A stretch of 64,000 bases of DNA, from the NCBI GenBank assembly GCA_036555645.1, contig DATBLA010000185.1, positions 17,694 through 81,693 of the forward strand, given 5' to 3'. Position 1 is the first letter of the stretch, and every line of letters starts with the position of its first letter. Shown here piece by piece: positions 59,243 through 64,000 of this stretch. Source of the stretch: Actinomycetota bacterium (GTDB lineage Bacteria; Actinomycetota; UBA4738; HRBIN12). The position numbers and the translations under genes are program-made. The notes under the pieces were generated by a model. That model made no database searches, was not told the DNA's origin, and worked only from the letters and a program-made list of their open reading frames with translations.

Positions 59243-60531
59243 GTCGCGCCAGGCTCACCGCGGACCGCGAAGGAGCGCCGAGCCAGGTGCCGGGTCACGG
59301 ACCTCGGTGCCGGTTCTGCGGTCAGCCGCTGCGCGTGACGTTCGTCGACCTGGGGATGTCGCCGCTGTGCGAGACCTTCCTCCTGCCCGAGGAGCTCAGT
59401 CGGATGGAGGCGTTCTATCCGCTCCGCGTGTTCGTGTGCGAGCGGTGCTTCCTCGTTCAGCTCGAGGAGTTCGTCGACCCGGACGGGATCTTCGCCCAGG
59501 ACTACCGGTACTTCTCGTCGTACTCGGAGTCATGGCTCAGGCACGCGGAGGCCTACGCGACCATGATCGTCGATCGCCTGGGCTTGGGACGGGAGAGCCT
59601 CGTCGTCGAGCTGGGGAGCAACGACGGCTACCTGCTGCAGTACGTCCGTGCACTCGGCGTGCCGGTGCTCGGCATCGAACCCGCGCGCAACATCGCGGCG
59701 GTCGCGAACGAGCGGGGGATCCCGACGCGCTCGGTCTTCTTCGGCGCCGACACGGCCCGGGACCTGCGCGCGGAGGGGATCTCCGCGGATCTCATCGTCG
59801 GGAACAACGTGCTGGCTCAGGTCCCGGACCTCAACGGGTTCGTCGCGGGCGTGAAGACGCTGCTGCGTCCGGGCGGGATGCTGACGTTCGAGTTCCCTCA
59901 CCTGGAGCGGCTGGTCGCCGAGAACCAGTTCGACACGATCTACCACGAGCACTTCTCCTACTTCTCGTTCACGACCGTTCGCGAGATCTTCGGCGCCCAC
60001 GGGCTCGACATCGTCGACGTCGAGGAGCTGCCGACGCACGGCGGGTCGCTCAGGATCTTCGGGCGACACGCCGGCGAACGGGCGCCGACCGAGACCGAGC
60101 GGTGCCGCCGACTGGCAGCCCACGAGGTCGAGGTGGGGATGCGGTCGACGGCGTACTACGCGGCCTTCGCCGGTCACGTCGAGTCGGCGAAGCGGGCGCT
60201 CCTGCGATTCCTCATCGACGCGAAGGAGCAGGGGAAGCGCGTCGTCGGCTACGGGGCGCCGGGCAAGGGCAACACGCTGCTGAACACGTGCGGGATCCGA
60301 TCCGACCTCCTCGAGTACACCGTCGATCGCAACGAACACAAGCACGGCCGCTTCACCCCCGGGACCCACATCCCGATCCATCCGCCGGATCGGATCTTCC
60401 AGACGCGTCCGGACTACGTCCTCATCCTTCCGTGGAACCTGAAGGACGAGATCGTCAGCCAGATGGAGGCCATCCGGGACTGGGGAGGGCGGTTCGTCGT
60501 CCCGATCCCCGCGCTGGAGGTGCTTCCATGA
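59239..60531 (+). CDS. Class I SAM-dependent C-methyltransferase with N-terminal Zn-ribbon (NDP-hexose C-methyltransferase type)
   Basis: CRFCGQPLRVTFVDLGMSPLCE Zn-ribbon. VVELGSNDGYLL SAM motif I. C-terminal Methyltransf_14-like region. Confidence 0.7.
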   Translation: MSRARLTADREGAPSQVPGHGPRCRFCGQPLRVTFVDLGMSPLCETFLLPEELSRMEAFYPLRVFVCERCFLVQLEEFVDPDGIFAQDYRYFSSYSESWLRHAEAYATMIVDRLGLGRESLVVELGSNDGYLLQYVRALGVPVLGIEPARNIAAVANERGIPTRSVFFGADTARDLRAEGISADLIVGNNVLAQVPDLNGFVAGVKTLLRPGGMLTFEFPHLERLVAENQFDTIYHEHFSYFSFTTVREIFGAHGLDIVDVEELPTHGGSLRIFGRHAGERAPTETERCRRLAAHEVEVGMRSTAYYAAFAGHVESAKRALLRFLIDAKEQGKRVVGYGAPGKGNTLLNTCGIRSDLLEYTVDRNEHKHGRFTPGTHIPIHPPDRIFQTRPDYVLILPWNLKDEIVSQMEAIRDWGGRFVVPIPALEVLP

Positions 60532-61295
60532 AGGTCGTGCTGTTCTGCGGTGGCCTCGGGACGCGCATCCGGGACTTCGCCGAGAACGCTCCGAAGCCGC
60601 TCGTCCGGATCGGGTACCGGCCGATCCTGTGGCACGTGATGAAGTACTACGCCCACTTCGGCCATAAGGACTTCATCCTGTGCCTCGGATACCGCGCCGA
60701 CGCCATCAAGGACTACTTCCTCCACTACGACGAGGCGCTCTCGAACGACTTCGTCCTGGACGGAGGCGGCGGGGTCGAGCTGCTGACGAGCGACATCGAG
60801 GACTGGCGCATCACCTTCGTGGACACCGGCGTGACGTCGGGGATCGGAGAGCGGCTGCGTCGCGTCCGCCCCCACCTCGAGGGCGAGGAGGTGTTCCTCG
60901 CCAACTACAGCGATGGGCTGACGGACCTGGATCTGCCGACGTACGTCGAGAGCGTTCGGAGCCAGGACCGGATCGCGAGCTTCCTGTGCGTGCGCCCGAC
61001 GCAGACCTTCCACGTCGTCAAGGACCAGGATGGCGGCATCGTGACGAACGTCGAGCCGGTGGCCGAGTCGGACGTGTGGATCAACGCCGGGTTCTTCCTG
61101 TTCAAGCAGGAGATCTTCGACTACATCCGGGAAGGCGAGGACCTCGTGCTGGAGCCGTTCGAACGGCTCATCGGCGAGCGACAGCTCCTCGCCTACAAGT
61201 ACACGGGCTTCTGGACGGCGATGGACACGTTCAAGGATCGGGAACGGCTCGAGGACCTGTGGAGCGCGGGCAAGGCCCCGTGGATCATGTGGTGA
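60528..61295 (+). CDS. rfbF: Glucose-1-phosphate cytidylyltransferase
   Basis: MKVVLFCGGLGTRIRDF...KPLVRIGYRPILWHVMKYYAHFGHKDFILCLGYR closely matches RfbF. Confidence 0.85.
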   Translation: MKVVLFCGGLGTRIRDFAENAPKPLVRIGYRPILWHVMKYYAHFGHKDFILCLGYRADAIKDYFLHYDEALSNDFVLDGGGGVELLTSDIEDWRITFVDTGVTSGIGERLRRVRPHLEGEEVFLANYSDGLTDLDLPTYVESVRSQDRIASFLCVRPTQTFHVVKDQDGGIVTNVEPVAESDVWINAGFFLFKQEIFDYIREGEDLVLEPFERLIGERQLLAYKYTGFWTAMDTFKDRERLEDLWSAGKAPWIMW

Positions 61296-61335
61296 CTCCC
61301 GACGCGGGCGGCGATCCGGCGCCCCCTCGAACGCC

Positions 61336-61995
61336 ATGACGCTGGGTCTGGGCGATCGCGCGTGGTTGCGGTCCGGCTCGACCGTGCTGTGCCTCGGAGC
61401 TCACGCCGACGACATCGAGATCGGGTGCGGCGGGACGCTGGTGCGGCTCCTCGAGGAGCACCCGGACGTGTCGGTGCACTGGGTCGTCCTCAGCGCTCCG
61501 GGGGCTCGCCGGGACGAGGCGCTGAAGAGCGCGAACGTCTTCCTGACCGGAGCGGCGTCGGCGGAGGTCTCGGTGCAGGGCCACGAGGAGCGGTACTTCC
61601 CCTACGACGGCGGCGCGCTGAAGCGGTCCTTCGACGAGCTCGGGGCCTCGATCTCCCCGGACCTGGTCTTCACGCACCGGCGGGAGGACCTCCACCAGGA
61701 CCATCGCCTCGTCTCCGAGCTGACGTGGAACACGTTTCGGCACCAGCTCATCCTCGAGTACGAGATCCCGAAGTGGGACGGCGATCTCGGCCAGCCCAAC
61801 CTGTTCGTGCCCCTGGCCGAGGACGTGTGCGAGCGCAAGGTCTCGACGATCCTGCGCGAGTTCGGGTCCCAGCGCGAGCGCGACTGGTTCACGGCGGACA
61901 CGTTCTGGGCCACGCTCCGGCTCCGAGGCGTGGAGTGCCACGCCCCCTCGGGGTTCGCCGAGGCCTTCCACGCCCGAAAGCTGATCCTGCCGTGA
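61336..61995 (+). CDS. PIG-L/LmbE-family deacetylase
   Basis: VLCLGAHADDIEIGCGGTL...HQDHR motifs. Confidence 0.75.
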   Translation: MTLGLGDRAWLRSGSTVLCLGAHADDIEIGCGGTLVRLLEEHPDVSVHWVVLSAPGARRDEALKSANVFLTGAASAEVSVQGHEERYFPYDGGALKRSFDELGASISPDLVFTHRREDLHQDHRLVSELTWNTFRHQLILEYEIPKWDGDLGQPNLFVPLAEDVCERKVSTILREFGSQRERDWFTADTFWATLRLRGVECHAPSGFAEAFHARKLILP

Positions 61996-62534
61996 GGTTC
62001 GAGCCGACGCCGCTCGACGGGACCTTCGTTGTCCGTCCCGACGTGCACGAGGACGAGCGGGGCTCGTTCGCCCGGACCTGGGACGGCGAGGAGTTCGCGC
62101 AGCGAGGGCTGTCCCCGCGTCTCGTCCAATGCAGCACGTCGTGGAATCGTTCGGCGGGCACGCTTCGGGGACTGCATCACCAGGAAGCGCCCCACGAGGA
62201 GGAGAAGCTCGTCCGGTGCACCGCGGGCGCGATCTTCGACGTCGCCGTCGATCTCCGGCCGGGGTCCGCGACGTTCCTCGGATGGTTCGGCGTCGAGCTG
62301 ACCGCGCAGAACCGCCTCGCCCTGTACATCCCGAAGGGCTGCGCCCACGGCTTCCTCACGCTCGAGGACGGCAGCGAGGTCCTGTATCAGATGTCGGAGC
62401 CCCATGTCCCCGATGCCGGGCGTGGGGTGCGCTGGGACGACCCGGCGTTCGGGATCCGGTGGCCGCTCGCGCCCTCGGTGATCAACGAGCGGGACCGCTC
62501 GTGGCCGATGGTCCGGGTCGAGGCTCCGTCGTGA
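61992..62534 (+). CDS. dTDP-4-dehydrorhamnose 3,5-epimerase-family (cupin) sugar epimerase
   Basis: RGLHHQ...KLVRCTAGAIFDVAVDLR...YIPKGCAHGF motifs. GTGA overlap. Confidence 0.8.
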   Translation: MRFEPTPLDGTFVVRPDVHEDERGSFARTWDGEEFAQRGLSPRLVQCSTSWNRSAGTLRGLHHQEAPHEEEKLVRCTAGAIFDVAVDLRPGSATFLGWFGVELTAQNRLALYIPKGCAHGFLTLEDGSEVLYQMSEPHVPDAGRGVRWDDPAFGIRWPLAPSVINERDRSWPMVRVEAPS

Positions 62535-63856
62535 GCCTGCGCGAGGCGATCGCCGAGCTCGACGTCGAGTCCCTGGGCGACGACATGCACGCGCTCGTGG
62601 CCGATCTGTTCCCCATCTGCCGGAGCATCACCGGCGACGGGTTCCGGCAGACGCTCGCGATCCTCGACAAGCGCGTCCCGCTTGAGGTCCACGAGGTGCC
62701 GAGCGGGACGCGGGCGTTCGATTGGACCGTGCCGCCGGAATGGAACCTCCGCGATGCGTACGTCGCGGACCTCGCGGGGAACAGGGTCATCGACGTCCGC
62801 GCCTCCAACCTGCACGTGATGAGCTACAGCGTCCCCACCCGGCGCCGGGTGACGCGTTCGGAGCTCGACGAGCATCTCCACTGGCTGCCGGAGCATCCGG
62901 AGTGGATCCCGTACCGGACCTCGTACTACCGCCCCGACTGGGGATTCTGCCTGAGCGAGCGGCAGCGTGCCGGCCTGTCCGATCCCGAGTACGACGTCGT
63001 GGTGGACAGCACCCTCGAGGACGGCTCGCTCACCTACGGCGAGCTCGTCGTTCCGGGCGAGACGCAGGACGAGGTCCTCGTCACCGCTCACGCGTGCCAT
63101 CCGTCGATGGCGAACGACAACCTGTCCGGCGTGGCGCTCGTGGCGTTCCTCGCCGAGATCCTCGCGACGACGCGACCGCGCCGCTCCTACCGGTTCCTGC
63201 TCATCCCCGGGACGATCGGGTCGATCACGTGGCTGTCCCGGAACGAGGCCGTCGTCCCCAGGATCGTGGCGGGACTCGTCGTCGCCTGCGTCGGCGACGG
63301 CGGGCCGCTCACGTACAAGTCGAGCCAGCGGGGTGACGCGCTCGTCGATCGAGCGGCCGCGCACGTCATGCGCCGGCGCGGCGGATCCGTTCGAGCCTTC
63401 ACGCCCTTCGGGTACGACGAGCGGCAGTTCAACTCGCCCGGATTCGACCTGCCGGTCGGATGCCTGTCGCGCACCCCCCACGGCGAGTTTCCCGAGTACC
63501 ACACCTCGGCCGACGATCTCGAGCTCGTCCGGCCCGAGTCGCTGGCAGGCTCGCTCGCGGCGGCGCTCGACATCGTGCGGATCCTCGACGAGGACGCCGC
63601 GTACGTGAACCGGCACCCGAAGGGGGAGCCGCAGCTCGGATCCAGGGGCCTGTATCCCTCGACGGGCGGCAGGCAGGCCGAGGAGGGCGTGCTCGCCATG
63701 CTGTGGGTGCTCAACCAGTCGAACGGCGGGCGGAGCCTCCTCGACATCGCCGACCGGGCCGCCCTCCCGTTCGATGCGATCCAGACCGCGGCGACCACCC
63801 TGGCAGAGGCCGGTCTGCTGGCCGTCTCGTCCGAGCGGGGTGACGACGATGGATGA
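62531..63856 (+). CDS. DUF4910/aminopeptidase-like-domain protein frequently found in deoxysugar loci
   Basis: 441 aa. Family assignment from overall pattern only (HACHPSMANDNLSG region). Weak. Confidence 0.4.
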   Translation: MSLREAIAELDVESLGDDMHALVADLFPICRSITGDGFRQTLAILDKRVPLEVHEVPSGTRAFDWTVPPEWNLRDAYVADLAGNRVIDVRASNLHVMSYSVPTRRRVTRSELDEHLHWLPEHPEWIPYRTSYYRPDWGFCLSERQRAGLSDPEYDVVVDSTLEDGSLTYGELVVPGETQDEVLVTAHACHPSMANDNLSGVALVAFLAEILATTRPRRSYRFLLIPGTIGSITWLSRNEAVVPRIVAGLVVACVGDGGPLTYKSSQRGDALVDRAAAHVMRRRGGSVRAFTPFGYDERQFNSPGFDLPVGCLSRTPHGEFPEYHTSADDLELVRPESLAGSLAAALDIVRILDEDAAYVNRHPKGEPQLGSRGLYPSTGGRQAEEGVLAMLWVLNQSNGGRSLLDIADRAALPFDAIQTAATTLAEAGLLAVSSERGDDDG

Positions 63857-64000
63857 GGCGACCGAAGCTCGATCGGCGAGCCGGTCGCGTTCGGCCGAGT
63901 TGCTCGGACGGGCCCACGATCTCATCCCCGGCGGCGCGCACACGTACGCGAAGGGTGACGACCAGTACCCGGAGGGACTCGCCCCCGTCCTGGAGCGCGG
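63849..64000 (+). CDS. Class-III (glutamate-1-semialdehyde aminomutase-like) aminotransferase, 3' partial
   Basis: MDEATEARSASRSRSAELLGRAHDLIPGGAHTYAKGDDQYPEG. The track's other frame from ATG 63853 is nonsense. Confidence 0.55.
   Translation, partial: MDEATEARSASRSRSAELLGRAHDLIPGGAHTYAKGDDQYPEGLAPVLER

Overview
High-GC (~70%+) actinobacterial-type chromosome segment, densely coding and almost entirely on the + strand. The window opens inside a xanthine-dehydrogenase-family molybdopterin subunit. It then carries a conserved housekeeping run with mycobacterial-type synteny: rplM-rpsI-glmM-glmS-acpS-nnr-alr, a hydrolase, a DmpA-like peptidase, udg, tsaE-tsaB-rimI-tsaD. In mycobacteria tsaD is directly followed by groES-groEL1. 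Here about 42 kb lies between tsaD (ends 13714) and a perfect CIRCE/groES-groEL (55944 onward). The inserted block contains a galE-like epimerase, an XRE regulator, a two-component system, a second LuxR regulator, and a very large polysaccharide-type locus. That locus has a CapD/PglF-like dehydratase, a Wzc-like BY-kinase, three GT4 glycosyltransferases, a GT2, a GT4-GNAT fusion, a WecA/MraY-like phosphotransferase, a DegT aminotransferase, two NodB deacetylases, a Wzm/Wzt ABC exporter, a Wzy-like membrane protein and an O-antigen-ligase-like protein, a UDP-sugar dehydrogenase and two sulfotransferases. Interleaved with these are genes that do not belong to ordinary O-antigen/EPS loci. There are three separate PqqD-family (RiPP recognition element-like) proteins. 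There are two HPr-kinase-C-like proteins (one with a P-loop, one degenerate). There is an NTP_transf_5-like nucleotidyltransferase. There is a DltC-like carrier protein with a standalone adenylation enzyme and a secreted esterase. There are three tandem copies of a pair of alpha/beta-hydrolase paralogs, and a Tat-secreted Cys-rich acidic protein. The combination looks like a lasso-peptide tailoring toolkit (RRE, kinase, nucleotidyltransferase, sulfotransferase) without any cyclase, leader peptidase or recognisable precursor, fused to an exosortase-EPS-like acylation cassette (ACP, AMP-ligase, hydrolase 1/2 pairs, FemAB-like GNAT). I regard this as the candidate undescribed system: an RRE-guided and/or acyl-carrier-dependent modification of a sulfated glycan or glyco-conjugate. 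After groEL a second sugar cassette begins: an epimerase, a C-methyltransferase, rfbF, a PIG-L deacetylase, a 3,5-epimerase, a DUF4910-like protein and a class-III aminotransferase fragment. No rRNA, tRNA, CRISPR, transposase or integrase was recognised. Most long minus-strand ORFs in the track are GC-driven antisense artefacts.
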